Notes: generated from the sequence alone by a model not told the origin. A stretch of DNA of 64,000 bases from Antedon mediterranea (GCF_964355755.1 NC_092673.1:26471648-26535647); one strand, 5' to 3'; counted from the first letter of the stretch, positions 25,681 through 40,076 are shown. Made by a program: numbers and translations.

Positions 25681-25888
25681 ATATATAAATTCCATTGCTC
25701 GTAAGAAATGTGGATTTTAAACTTGAATGTTACTTTGCCTAATTTGTGGATCGATTGATTTGGTTATTAAACATTCAATTACGAACTAAGCTGGCGCTGG
25801 ATCATTGGTGTTCTACTTCATTTATATTTGACACGCCAACGGTCATTGCATTCATGTATGTTATTTCAATATTTTACTCTGTATAATA

Positions 25889-26075
25889 AGGTTTATCGCA
25901 AATAGCTTGATTTCGCGAGGAACGTCATTGCAAAATGCATGATCGGAAGGGTTTGGAAACAAACGTTACTACGCGTAGGCCTACGTACAAACAACAAATC
26001 ACGTACGTACACATCGTGACGTTTGCTCCTAAATCCTTCCCACCATTCGTCGCGCATGCTATTTGCGATAATCCT
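25889..26075. mobile_element. MITE family D (TIR AGGTTTATCGCAAATAGC, TA-flanked)
   Basis: Ends gctatttgcgataatcct-ta. Second copy at 35708-35840. Confidence 0.6.
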
Positions 26076-26816
26076 TATACGTATTTTAAAAAATTCTCCA
26101 AACAAACTAATTGAAGTATATTTAATATGTCGTACGTCTTAACTTTGGCAGTATAACCATTTATTTCGCAACCTAGACCTATAAGTAAGACAAACTTACA
26201 AATTAAGGTTACGAAAAGGCAGTAAGTGCAATCGTGTAGTTAATATGTACGATAACGAGATTGATTTTGTTCTTCTTTACCTTTTTATTCTCTAAAATTA
26301 AAGACTATTTCTAAAATTGCTTTTAGAATCTAATATACCTAAATCTCAATTTATAACACATTTTCTGATAATGTAATACTAAAGCTTAGATTCCTCGCAT
26401 CCAAATTCAACAATATTAAATGAAAAAGATTTTAAAAGTAATGAATGTTATTCAGATTATCAGACGTGTTGTGTAAACACAAAGTATATACTTAAGCCAT
26501 GATTTATGTATAAACTTCCATTTGTTTGAAATTCAAATTGTCAAATGTATTAATTCATATAATGTACAATTCAAACATCAACGTTTTTGTAATTCAAGTA
26601 ATTTGCTTTTATTTCATTTGCCATACAAAAGATGTTTAATGGAGTAAAAACCGATAGATCGAGGACGATTTTCGTCACGGTGACCATGGGCGCTGATTGG
26701 TGGAAAAGCTTAGATGTTCTCTAGTGCTTGTGTTATAATGAGTGATGATAAAAGAAGAGAGAGAGAGCAGAGATGAATACATCATTGACACAAGTAGACT
26801 CACTCATGTGTACATT

Positions 26817-27941
26817 ATGGGCTCAAATTATACAGCTGACTCCGCCGATGTGGAAGATGACTTTACAGTCGGCAATGTTGTAATCGTTGTTGTACTGTCA
26901 GTATTTTGCCTCAGTGGTGTTTTTGGAAATATTTTGGTATGTTTAGCCGTGTGGAAGATTCGGACCTTACGTGTTGTGGGCAACTATTTTGTGGTATCCC
27001 TTGCGGTAGCAGATGTTCTGGTCTCCGGTTTAGTTATGCCATTAGCGATTTCATTGGAGGTTCTGGAAGGAAAATGGATTTTTGGAAAAATGATATGTTA
27101 CGCATGGACATCGTTAGATGTTACGTTATCTACAGCGTCGATTATTAATCTTGGCGCCATTTCAGTGGACAGATACCGCGCCGTAACACAGCCACTATCC
27201 TACGCATCCAAACGTACTGCTTTTATGGCGCGAAAAGTTATTATCATCGTCTGGGTAGTATCTGTAATAGTCGGAGCACCAGCTACTATTTTTATCGATT
27301 ATTCAGACGGCGTATGTTTTCTATCTGACAAAAACGCTAGATATTATTCAATTATTTCTTCATGCTTTTCGTTTTTCATTCCGTGTTTTATCATACTGTT
27401 TTTGTATTATAAAATATTTAAAACAGCTCAATTTCGCGCAAATCGACGTGTTGGCCCAGCAATAGCGGCTGTAGCTGTGATGTATCCAAAAAGGAAGGTG
27501 CCAGCAGAAGCAGACCAACAAAGCGGTGGGTTTTCAGAAACTCAAACTGTATCTAATAGAAACCAAAGTGTCACGTGGCCTACAGAAACTCCAAACCTTG
27601 CAACCAAAGAAGAGACAGAAAACAGAAGCATTCCGCGTGCGTGTGAAAACAATGTATTGAAATCGCAGAAGAAAATATCGGTAGCAAAGGAACGCAAGGC
27701 AGCTGTTGTGTTGATGATTGTAGTAGGGACATTCGTTGCCTGCTGGTTGCCTTTCTTTACAATAAACGTAGCCGGGGCTATTTGTACATCTTGTGAGTTT
27801 GGACCAAAACTGATGTCTTTTGTCCTCTGGCTTGGTTGGTGTAACTCTATTGTCAATCCAGCTTTATACACAGTGTTTAACAAAGAATTTCGTAATGCAT
27901 TTAAAAAGTTGCTTCGTATCGACCGATGTTTTAATTCGTAG
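26817..27941 (+). CDS. Intronless aminergic class A GPCR, D1-like dopamine receptor type (374 aa from ATG 26817; alternative in-frame ATG at 26745)
   Basis: GN (TM1), SLAVAD (TM2), D3.32 and S3.36 in LDVTLSTAS, DRY, TM5 serines in ISSCFSFFIP, KERKAA, CWLPFF-x-x-N6.55, WLGWCNSIVNP-x-x-Y, FNKEFRNAF, N-terminal sequon NYT. Confidence 0.9.
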   Translation: MGSNYTADSADVEDDFTVGNVVIVVVLSVFCLSGVFGNILVCLAVWKIRTLRVVGNYFVVSLAVADVLVSGLVMPLAISLEVLEGKWIFGKMICYAWTSLDVTLSTASIINLGAISVDRYRAVTQPLSYASKRTAFMARKVIIIVWVVSVIVGAPATIFIDYSDGVCFLSDKNARYYSIISSCFSFFIPCFIILFLYYKIFKTAQFRANRRVGPAIAAVAVMYPKRKVPAEADQQSGGFSETQTVSNRNQSVTWPTETPNLATKEETENRSIPRACENNVLKSQKKISVAKERKAAVVLMIVVGTFVACWLPFFTINVAGAICTSCEFGPKLMSFVLWLGWCNSIVNPALYTVFNKEFRNAFKKLLRIDRCFNS

Positions 27942-30900
27942 CATCCACAAATGAACTTCATAACAATGATTATTCAGTATTATAATGAGGCAAATCCTTA
28001 CTGTATGTAGGCCTACTATTATAAGCTTTTATTAGTGCGTTGAATATTGTAGAAACGTTTATGTAAACTCAGCTTACTTTTGTCAGCTAAAAGCGTTCAT
28101 CGATTTTTTTCTTCAAGAAAATAACGTTGAATAATGACTGTGTTCAGACTATGCAATTTGGCATGTTCACATCGAATTTTGACTCGAAAGGACAAACAGA
28201 ACAAAAGCAATAAAGTTATGATAAACAGCGCGTTAAAAAAATATATACTCTATTCAAATTTAGGTTTGGAATCGGCTTTGAGATGGTCGAATATGATCGA
28301 TTGAAATAGTGTGTATAAAGACGCACGCGCGTCAGCAGCTCTAATCAGATCACAAGCAATTTGCCTCGTTTTGTATTTGCGGAGAGTGATTCTGTTAGTG
28401 CTGCGTTCACACGACTAGATGTAAAAACTCTTGCCGTATCAACGTAATTAAGCGAGGTTTTGTGTTATTCAACATTTTTGTAACAATGCAGGACGAACAG
28501 AATATTTATGTGTGCTAATAATTCCATTACCCGTCACAGTCATCACTCAAATGTATAGGTTAAACAGTCCTAGACGTTTCATTACTCTTGCAGAAACGTA
28601 ATTACACATATGGGGTATAAATAACCAATACGATTACAAATAAAGCAGTTTTTGCATTAATGCCTTGAGCATCGTAAATATTAAAAACTAGATTTTATCA
28701 TTTGTGAACGTGTTGTTTGTATTTTGCTAGAAGGCATTACGTGACATTAAATCGTAACATTCAGAATGCAATTTCGTTGTAGAAAACTGTTTTTTGTCGT
28801 TATTTAAATTATCAAAATGCAAACATAAAATCTAGCTTTTTTTGTTTATAAAAGTGTGTTACAATTCATGTTGATATTTTTTCAAGACATGTTGTGTCGT
28901 CAAGATGGTTAATACGATTTCGTGACGAATTACAATACAAACTCACCGCAATGCAATCATTCAGTTAGAATGGAAGCACGTTATATATACGTGTTTCAAT
29001 CCTGGGTTGTGTGACTCTATTCACAAAATCGTTTGTTTGAAAATGAGCTTGTACTTACTTAACCTACAACATACACCTAATTTCACACGCGCGCGCACAA
29101 ATGTTGATAATACGCGCGTACCAATGTTGATAATACGAACGCAAGTATATTCTTTCTGTTTTTGGCCATCAATTAATTTTCGTTTCCGTTGACGCTAACA
29201 TTTGAAATAATATTTTGTTGAAAATACATACAGGATTTATTTTTGTCCGCGTTTGGTATCTGAAATTCCGAATGCACGTTGCTCTTTAACAAATATCATC
29301 TGTATTAAAACTTATACTACAACAAACAAACAAAAAACTAATTATATTTTACACGACCATTCTGTAAAAAGGTTGTCTAATTTTTCAATTACTCAACCCT
29401 AGTTGAATTTGAGACAACCCTCTTCTAATCGAAGATCGTCAATTTATTATGAAATGCGTAAGAGACGTTAAGATGCTATTTTTACCCACTGTCACACTAA
29501 TTACCAGGTAATCGATAGAACATGTAACAGAGATTAATGTACCATTTCCACAACATTTATTGTCCGATATAAAAATTGTAATTATTATTAGAATATACTA
29601 CACTATAGGCCTACTCGATAAAAACTAGAAATATAAAATAAATTTATTAATATAAAATACACAATGAAGAGTTTAATTTGTAAATATTGCAACAACAAAA
29701 ATATTACTCAATATCATATTATATTAATTATATAATTATAGTAGAGATAAATACTGTCGACACAAGGAATACAATATTGCCTAAATGCTTTGCTCTTGTA
29801 TATTGTTATGAAATTTCCTCCATGATATAAAAAAAATACAATATAACTAATATCAAAAAGTGATAAAATACAGTAAAAATTCTATCAAAATGCCAAACGA
29901 TGCTCTATGGAAGGGAGCGCGGAGTTTATTTTAATATTAATATGGTTTAGGAAGCCACCGTCTTCGTATACAGACCAATTGCTTTAAGTAATCAAAAAAT
30001 GTACTTTTTTGCCATTAAGTGGCAATGTAAACCACTGCAAACATATTTAAAATAAATCCTTATTGAAAGTAGATTTGAATCAAATTCATCTTTCTAACGA
30101 GTACAAAATAATCAATTCCTCTACAATTTCTAGAATTACATCTTGCCGTTTTCAGAAACAGTATTTTAATATCTTTTTGTCGCCAAAAGATTGTTGAATT
30201 AATGATTGAAGTAGTATTTTTAAATACTATATTTCATCTCGAAATCCTCGTGTTTTTATATTAGTGGATTACACGTCTTACAATCTTGTCTCATAATGGC
30301 GAGGCGCGCATGCGCTGAGCTTTACAGGTGGACTTTTGAACCGTTGCAAATGGATCAATTAAGTTTCACTATTTTGATTTTTTTATGACGCAACTTGTAA
30401 TCGATGAAAGCGTTTTCTAAATTCTTTTTTGTGGTGTTATAAAATTATGCTTTCGTTCATTTTTCGAATTCTGCATTTTAGTATTATGAACGAAAAACGT
30501 CAACATGGCATGTAAACGAGTTGTTTAATTACATGAAGACTTTACTATATGAATCACGTGATAGGCATCATACGTTATTACCGCCGGCATTTTGTTTAGT
30601 AATTAATGTTCACCTTGTTAGTCCTCAAGCAGACATATTATAACGAAATAATTTGATAACCGTTAATAAGACATTATTAAATGATAAAAAACAACGATGG
30701 TGAAAGATTCTGTACTCCATACGATTACAGCTATCCGCATAATACAAAGTGCCTTAAAACTATCTGCAACACAACATGGATATTGAGAAAATCGATCAAT
30801 GAGTATTAGACACAATTACGCTTAATTCGATCTAAGGTTAGTAATGTAAAAGTAAACAAGTTTGATTAAATCTGGATAATTCTATTCTATTGTTACTGAA

Positions 30901-31434
30901 CCATTTCGTGCTAAATAATAATGACATCCAAGCAAACGCAATCACAATTCAGCAGACCTTCGACACAGTAGGCCTAGTATCCGTCCTCCGACTAATATCC
31001 AATAATATTTAATGTTGCACCTAAATAATACGTAGTCAAACACCAACTTAATTCAATACCTAGTTGCTATAGCAACGACTCGCAATACACAAAGTACTTC
31101 TCCAATGATAATGAGTTAATGTTTTGAAGTGATGATTTATTCCTGACAAGGTGATTTATTTAGTGAAGTTACAGAATCTGCTAATGTATCGTAGTTTCTG
31201 TTTATGTTGAAAGTTTTGTTAGCTGTAATTTGTTGCAGTAGACATTTATTATATATTAGTGGTGGTACAGAAACGACAACTTTTCTAGAATAGGCCTCCA
31301 TTAATTATAATATTATATTATGTAAATACGTGTACGTGATTGGTTGAAACTGCATAACAACTTTTCTAGAATAGGCCTCAATTAATTATAATATTGTGGA
31401 GAATGACATAGCTCCTGGTAAAACACACGTCTAA

Positions 31435-31558
31435 AGCTCTGTCTACACTATCAGTATCAAACAAGTGTGGTGTGCCCAAATATGGTAGCGATATGATGTC
31501 ATCTTGTCTATATATGGGCACATCTCATTGTTTTGTTACATAAATAAAGTGTAGACAG
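31435..31558. mobile_element. MITE family A copy
   Basis: taa-agctctgtctacactatc...gtgtagacag. Confidence 0.7.
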
Positions 31559-33117
31559 TACTTGTTCTCCAATTTGTGGCATAAGGTATGGACTCCTGTA
31601 ATATTATGTCTATGCGCATGAGCTGATATGGGACGAAATTGGTGCATGAGGTTTGTTTATTACTCTTTATTACTTTAAAAAAAATTGAACTTTATGCTGT
31701 GTTAAAAAAATTATTTGTTAGTAAAAATCTTCATTCATTTGCTTGTTTCTCTGTCTCTCTACATCCTCTATAATTTATGTGCCTCCATCTGTATTTTTCT
31801 TCCTTATTACTTTATACTTACTTTCTATGAATATTGGTTGAACTGCATACAACATAATTCATTACAGGTGCAGTAGTCTGATTCAAACCATAGTTACCAT
31901 ACTTTCACAATCCAACCTTCATCAGCGTTGGTGCAAATAGGTATTTTAGGATATTGGAAGTTGCTATATTGTTAATTTTCTGGTGAAATTGTTTCAATTT
32001 GTTTTTGTATGATTTGTAATTAATGAATGAATTACTGTGCATCATTTAGGCTCTCTTTCATTATTTCCATTGGAAGAGATAATTGAGTGAGTAGCTGTTT
32101 TGTTTAATCTATTTTCGTTGTTTTATACCCAGCTTCAATGACTTAACAACATTATAAATAAAGTAAGTGTATATCTTTTTATCATAAAATTCATTTCAGT
32201 GTGAGTGTACATTTTTTTAGAAAAGAACTTAAAATGGCAGTTAAATGTTTTATTATAACTAAGATACTTTGATAATAAAAATAGAAACCATACGCTTATT
32301 GTTCCCTTGTGTATTAGAACAACCTCTTTTCTTAGTGGTGATTATCCATCTATAGATAAGATATTGAAACCTGATTTATATTTGAAACTGAAATGAGGAT
32401 TATTTTCAGCAGTTTTTTTACCAACATGTGAACGATATTTTTCATTTGGCAATGTTTGAAATAAGATACGCTAAACTCTAATCGTAACAATTCCATATCT
32501 TAGTTATGTTAAAGTTCAGTTCTGACTTGAACATGTTCGAAAAAACTAGCATCTTACAAAGTTATGTTAAAGTTCTGTTCTCACTTGCAACTTGCAAGTG
32601 AGTTGACAAATCAGAAGCGACATTTCGGATGATCCATGCGGTGATTGGTCAAAATACTTGCAGTGCGGTACGCGGAGAACAAGCTTATATAAACACAATT
32701 AACCTAGATTTTTCTTTGCGTCGAAGTAAGAAGATCATCTGGTACGAATGTTAGAAACTAATACATGAATACATTTTGTACCAACGAATGTTTTATCATG
32801 TGTCGATCACTTAAAATGTATGTCCCTTGGATGAAAAGATCCATGATAAACGATATGCTGTTAATTGGTCTACTTGAATATCTGTCAAGTGTTATCGAGA
32901 AAAGAATATATAAATTTAAGACATCGTCGTCGTACTAGATATCGATTGACACATTCTACACTTTAATATAGACCCGTATGTCAGAGGTCAATTTAAGAGT
33001 TTGCTATTAATATGAACGGAGAGGAAGTGTCTTCAATAATTCAGAGAAGAGGATTTTCAGGTCGCCGAACGTAATGGCGAACAAGATTTGTACCATTGCA
33101 TATATGCAACCTTATAA

Positions 33118-35705
33118 AGGCTGGTTTCCTGTCGACGTAAGAAGTCGAATTTTGCAACGATTCTTGCGTTTCATACGTTTCTTACGTCTCTTACGAAAGT
33201 TGAGAACAAATTTACGTCGTTGACGTTAGTCAAGATCGTGTCGGGCCGCAGAGAAACATCTGTAGTTATGCTGCTCCCGAAAGTTGAAATTTTGGCTGTG
33301 AAACACACGTCGTATGCTTACGTCGATTTTAGTGTTGTTACGAAAGTTGAAATTTTTTTCTTACGTCGGTCGGATTTATGACGTATTTGAAACAACATCT
33401 CTGATTGGTGTTTCTTTTTAGAGCGGGTTTTATCATTTTTCGCGCAAAATGTTGAATGTTGTTATTGTAGCCTACCTGTCAGTGCAGCACACCAACATGT
33501 TATTTTCAGTAGATAAGCTAGGTCCTAGTATTAGTAAAATACTTAATTAATACTGTATGGTACCGTACTAATAGGAATTTATTTGACCAAATAATCAAAC
33601 TAGCCTAGGCTAGTAGGCCTATGTATTATTTGTATGAATCAAAATATGAATTAATTATCCTGGCCCTCTAGGCCTAGCCTTAAATAGATTTCAAAATTAA
33701 AAAAAGGCAAATCATTTCGAGATTCCTATTATTATTAGACCTACCTAGGCCCTAGACTAGGCATTGGCCTATTGGCCTATAAGCATATATAATCGAGCAT
33801 GAGATAGTACTACCGCAGTAAGATACCCATTATTTACAGGCCTGATCTATATATAAATTTACGTAAGGGCAAAATTCGGTAAATCGCGCTTTACTTCTAG
33901 AATTTTTACTCGATGGTATATAAAGTTGGTTCGTACTTTCGGTACTGATTTTAACCACCTGATGTAACCCTGTTTACTAATTAAATTAAGTTAGATAATT
34001 AGTTATTGACGATTAAAACGAATTTAGGTTCAACGATTTGCCCCAAATAGGGGTGTTTTCCGATCGTGGTATACACTGTCTAATAATGGATGTCCATCTT
34101 GAAAAATACCCGCCACAAAAATGCGAGGAGGCTTCGCATTTTCCTATCTCCTCCTACGATAATTGTTTTTAATAGCTGAAAACCGGTTGAACAGCTAGAG
34201 TACAGCATCATAATGTTGAAGACAGGCCGATTTTCTTTAAAAAATACTGTTTTGATTTAATATACGATTATACAAATGTATTGATTTGCGATGAATGGAA
34301 CATCCCAATCTCTCAGTCTGCCAGAGTTTGGTTTAACACAAGTAGGTAAATTTATGGGCCCTTGGTTTAACACATACGGTAGGTAAATATATGGGCCCTT
34401 TGAGAATAAACTTGAACAATACTGTAAATACCTATTATAATTACCTATTTTTGGTCCTCATTTGAATCGAACATTTCTTACTGTGAATGTTCGTACTGTT
34501 AGATGTAATATAAAAATATATACAAATAAACTTATTACTGAGATTGTGGATAGGCTCTACTGTTAGATATATAAACACATTATTATATACAAATAAACTA
34601 TACTGACATTTCCTTCTCAACGTTTGTATTAATTAATAATTACCAAAAATATAAACGTCGTAGTGGTGTATCGTGACTATATTTCAATCGATTATGACAA
34701 TGACAGTTTTAACAAAGTATTAAATCGCAAATGTTTTACTGTATTTAGAGGTATATTATTTATAGGCCTATAAAACATGAAAAAAATATTTCGTTACTGA
34801 GTGCATAAAGAATATATTTAAAAATTGTTACATCTAATGTTACATCTCCCTGGTTACATACAAAACACAAATTGGGTTTCTTTAAATGAGTCCAAATCAA
34901 AAATTTGGACTCATTTTGTGATAAGTTTTTCCTTCGGAAGTAATTCCCAGGGTGCTAATTTTAGTTGACTACATAAATCATAGTCCTGCGGTACGTACAT
35001 TTGAAATCGCCAGTTTTGCTACTCTGAAATTACTATGTATTCGAGAACCATCTAGTAAGAATAAATTTAACAAAACAATATAAATTATACAAAATCAAGC
35101 AAACAATTTTTTGTTAAAGTTACATATTAATATTATATTGCTTACAGGGGCTTTCTATATCTTATCTTGTTGCAAATGTTCATTTTCGCGACGTTTCTAC
35201 CGATGCTGATTGTTTATTGCACGTCCATAAATAAGAGTATTATATTTTGATATGAGTTGTAAACTCCCTGATTAGAACATGATTAGGCTAAAATTATAGT
35301 AGTAAATACATACAAATGTTATTGTCCGGCTTTATTTCACTATAAGGACATACACATTACGTCATAACTCTTGTCGCTCATTGGTTGCTTGTTACGATTG
35401 CGCTTACGTCTCTTGCGAAAGTTGACTTCAAGTCAACTTTCGTAAGAGACGTAAGAAACGTGACGCAAGGGCTTTCATTCAAGCGTAAGATAAAAAGAAA
35501 GAAAGACGAAAGAAAACGTCGTAACGCAACAATTGTTAGGTCATCGGTTTCCTGTAAAATCGTTTGTCGTTACCATTTTTCTTACGTTGCGTCGATTTTA
35601 TAAATTTTCGATCGTAATCGGTTTCCTGTAAAATCCGCATTTCTTACGACAAATCGACGTAGTCGCAACAAAAGTGATGTTCTTACGTCGACAGGAAACC
35701 AGCCT
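33118..35705. mobile_element. 2588-bp non-autonomous PIF/Harbinger-like DNA transposon
   Basis: Perfect 26-bp TIRs AGGCTGGTTTCCTGTCGACGTAAGAA / TTCTTACGTCGACAGGAAACCAGCCT; TAA on both sides (33115-33117, 35706-35708); subterminal cttacgtc / cgaaagttga repeats at both ends; no transposase ORF. Confidence 0.85.
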
Positions 35706-35707
35706 TA

Positions 35708-35840
35708 AGGTTTATCGCGAGGAACGTCGTGCAGTGCATAATGTGAAGGGTTTGGGACAACAAACCATGTACGTACGCGTCGTGACGTTTTCTCCCCGCC
35801 TTTCCCATCGTGCATTGCACAAGCTATTTTCGATAAACCT
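35708..35840. mobile_element. MITE family D copy abutting the 2.6-kb element
   Basis: aggtttatcgcgaggaacgtc...gctattttcgataaacct-ta; homologous to 25889-26075. Confidence 0.6.
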
Positions 35841-38409
35841 TATTTATTCCTACTCTTTTGTAGATCAACAATGCATGTTTTAAGTAGCCTCACTTAGTAC
35901 AATCCTGGGGATGTAATAATATTTTCATATTTTTATCAGTAATATTAGACCAAATTTTGTATTCATATAGTTTTTTAGATATCTGGTCTGATTTAAAATG
36001 CTATGAAGTCGGCCAATAATCTATGACGACAAGTTCAATAAACGACAATCATTCAAATTCATTTAAATTCCATCTTAATTTCCAATGTTGTTTTTTTTTA
36101 AAACAAAATGGCGCATACCGGACTCTCGTCTCGCAGTGAATAGTAAAATCTTTTACCCAAGTTATTCCCGATTATGCATTACGTCATTAATTAATTGATC
36201 GTGCGTGTTGTCCATCACGTGATTGTTCAAAATGTTGGTCACCTTTACTAAATAAACGAGTTTGTGAGCATTGCCTTGTCAATCTAAAAAAACTGTATCT
36301 TCATCGCTTTTGCATATATTATTACACATCTGATAAATTTTGTATTAACTGTAAACAGCCATTAAAAAGTATTGTATTTTACAGTACACTTCATTCTTTA
36401 GTATCAAGAAATGATTTATAGTTTTAACTAAAAAAAAATTTAATAACGTACTGAAGAAATATTGTACGCCTACACGATGCTTCTATTTTTAGAATTGACA
36501 TTTCGATTGTTCATGTTAATAACCTTCTTGCAAGAATTAGTTGCCCAGCATGTCATCACATTTAGCACAGTATACAAAAGGACCAATTAGCAACCATAAT
36601 TTAGGATATTTTTGTTTTTCTTCAAAATTTGACAGTTTTGCAAGGGAATATGCACTTCTAAAGATTCATATTTCGCTCTCTCTCTCTCTCTCCCTGATAA
36701 AATTTGAAAGATGAATTTAAATAAAAATCAAACGGTTTTAAAAATTTGAATAGGACAACACATTTTTTAAAGAAAAACAGCAAAAGGTTTACAATATTTT
36801 GTTTTTAAGCCTAGAATACACGTGTTCTCATTGTATGATAATCTTCGTTATGGATGAGTTTCCGGTACTATTTAGTTATTTTTTTATTTGGTTTGTTGTA
36901 ATTAAATTAAATTTTTGTTAATCCTGCTTATTATATTTCTCATTTTTACCTTAAAAAAATAAATCATGTTCTTGTTCATTAAGCCTTGGTTCACTCTAAC
37001 CATATTACCATGTTCAACTATTTTGTTGTTGACAATAAAGATTATTATTAGATGACTCAAGCTGTCCTTTTTTAGTGGTAACAATTCTGTGTGTGCTGAA
37101 ATCGAACAAAAGATTTACAAAAACAGATAAACTCCATCCTTCACAAGAAATTCACTCGCAGTTCAAGAATACAATAATGTTGGAATGAGAAACAACAATA
37201 AGACAAATTATCTCGGAAAATTGTCATTATTTTGTCGTCGGAAAAAAAATTAAAGAACGTTATGAAATTTTTATTAGTGTACATAATTAGAAATGATGTA
37301 CAGGATTGAAACAGATGTGTTCGCTAGTCATTGTTATCGGTTACTCAATTTTCTGATTTCATCTGCAATTTTTTTTCCAAGTGCACATTTTGATGAAATA
37401 TTCGTTATCATCTTGATGCAGCTTCAGCACTTTAACGTCGTGTAGAGACAAAGTTCTATGCTTCATCTTATGTCTCCTTTTCCTCATGTCCATTTGTGCA
37501 TCAACTGTTCGCATGTTGCGATACCTCTTTATATCAAACATTTTCTCTATTTGTTTGCAGTATTAAGAAAAGAAATGTTTAAAATAATTACTTAACATTA
37601 GTTTTTACTGTTCGTATGTTTTGATGAGGTCATTAGATCTTTGGTATTTTATATTGCTTGATCAGTTGTTAAGTTCCATGTTGATCATGAATGTCAAAAA
37701 TGTCTTTTGTAATTGTAATGCGGTTGTCTATGTCTTATGTCTATGCTTGGGACTACAAAGACAAGCCACTTTGGCTTCTATATGTCTTGACCATAAACTA
37801 TGTAAACTGTTGAATGTTGAATAAATGTTGTTATTGTTTTTTTTTGTTAAAGAATGTAAATATTATGTGTGTATTGTTTTGTATGTGTTTACAATTATCA
37901 TTGTACCGTACTAAATGTATGAATGATTTAATAAATCGAATCTGAATTTGAATCTGATACCTCTTTATGTCAAACATTTTCTCTATTTGTTTGTAGTATT
38001 TAAGGTGGAAATGTTTAAAATATACTTAACATTAGTTTGGCAAACAGCCACACAAACGATGCTTGTTAAATTGCCGGTTCGGCTTATATTAATTGTACTT
38101 AAATATATAAGCGTCAGACTGACCTTGCTTTGTAACACTTTATGTGGCTTTAGACGGATTGAGAGGGATAAAGTATGAAGATTAATCGAAATCGATGTCA
38201 CATTAAAGATTGCAAACACGTTATTTGGAGTGTTGTACTATATTTATGATGCATTTAATCCGTCACTCTCGGTCGAATAAACTTTAAAGCAAAAACGTTC
38301 TGTGTATGCTCAAATGTCTGGGCGTGGGCAGAATGAATTTTAAAAACTTCACAGCAGCGCGTAATCGTCGAGTGCGCGGCGCATCGTGAAGGAAGAGGAA
38401 AGATCCTAA

Positions 38410-38551
38410 AACTCTGTCTACACTATCAAACTGTTTGTGACAAAAATGTGATGTGCCAAATTATGGTAGTGATATGCACAAATCATCATGTCCGTATATG
38501 GGCACATCATTTTTTTGTGGTCACATAAAGTTTGATAGTGTAGACAGAGCT
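38410..38551. mobile_element. MITE family A copy
   Basis: ctctgtctacactatcaaac...gtttgatagtgtagacagagct. Confidence 0.8.
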
Positions 38552-40076
38552 TTATAGTTCAGTTGAGCCTTAATGAACAAAGGACGAAAAGTTATATGTG
38601 GTTTGCGAAATAGATTTAAAAAGGAGACCTCAGACGCTGAACTTAGTATATTTCATCATAAAATGTGCAAATGTAACCACTGGTAGTACAAGTAGGAGGT
38701 AGGTCTAACGCAAACCAATGATCAAATCCAGTATTTATCTCGAAGGTTTCAATTAATTTGTATCTGATTGTGCAAATTGCCGACCTGTGGAGTAAATTCA
38801 TCTCACAAGAAGAAAGAGTTTAGTGACCTTTTGATAGTTTGTTAACCGTCAAATGCTCTGGATAAAAACGCATGCCACATAATTATGAAAATGTATAACG
38901 TAATTGTTCAATTGTATTATTCTGAAAGGAGAAGGACGAACAAATTAATTACTTTATACTTATTTGATTTTAAATTGATGTGATTATTTAGAGCGAAGTT
39001 TCTTGATTTATTCGTCTACTTAAGCATCATTGTTTTGTTTTATACTTAGTTAAATATTGTTAGTTAAGATACTGACATGCAAGTCTGGGGTGAGAATGTT
39101 CTCTTGTACTTCCCGTACTACTAACCGTATAATAGATAGATATTACATTTATAATACAAAATATTATAGACTAGTTTTTATCTTCATTGGACCATCAAGA
39201 GAAAAGAGTTCCTAGTGAAGACCCATGTCTTTAGTCTCCTCGGTATGGCTAATTCACTGTCTCGTCAGTGGTTCGAGCGCTAGGTGAAACAACACGGACT
39301 AGAAAAAAGGAATGGAAATGGAAACGAGAAGGAGGAGTTATGCTACATTTGAATGTGACAAATGGATGGTATCGGCGAGTGATATACATACAGGATGGAA
39401 ACAGAGGCAATGAGGGGTTATCACTTACAAATGTGATGTGGTATGATATCGTACACTGGATGCGAAGTAATTTTTACGCGCTGTTTTTCCCTGAAAACTA
39501 TTAGAATTGACACCATAATTTGAATAACTTTTAGAATAGAAATTATATCAGAATTTAGATTGTGGGAATAATTTTGCGGAGGATGTACAAAAGAAATAAA
39601 ACACAAATTCAAACTATAATATATTCCTTTTAAACTATCTATTTTGACTAGCAAGTTCGTTTAAAACCTTCTCAGTAAAACTCCGGTTATTTTGATAGCC
39701 CAAGTCTATACTTAACACTACAAACACAGCCTAATAATGATAATACATTTCATGTGTCTCCGTGGCATTTAACATTACATTACATAGTCAAAATGACTAT
39801 AATAATAAAATAAACATTCATTTGTCATAACAAAACACGTAAACTAATTTACTCATAGCGATGTTTCTCTGGTGCATTAGTACTTAAATATGAAGCGTCC
39901 TCAATGAGATAACGAGTGCCCGTCTGTTGGAGGTTAACGTTTTGTTCTCAAGTGATGTTTGAGGGTTAACGACACTGGCCCTCCATACGTGCTTCGTGCG
40001 TCCGTTCTATTTGTCGGTGATCGATCGAGCTGGCGGGAAATCGACGCAGATGGAGTGTATAATAGATTGCAAACAA

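Noticed and set aside
13473-27961. Antisense or alternative-frame ORFs overlapping the two GPCRs (13473, 14592, 14599, 15290, 26906, 27542)
   Set aside because: Shadow ORFs of real coding exons with no recognisable motifs.
39268-39504. REGGVMLHL resembling the LINE APE 'GGGV' motif
   Set aside because: Too short; no other endonuclease motifs.
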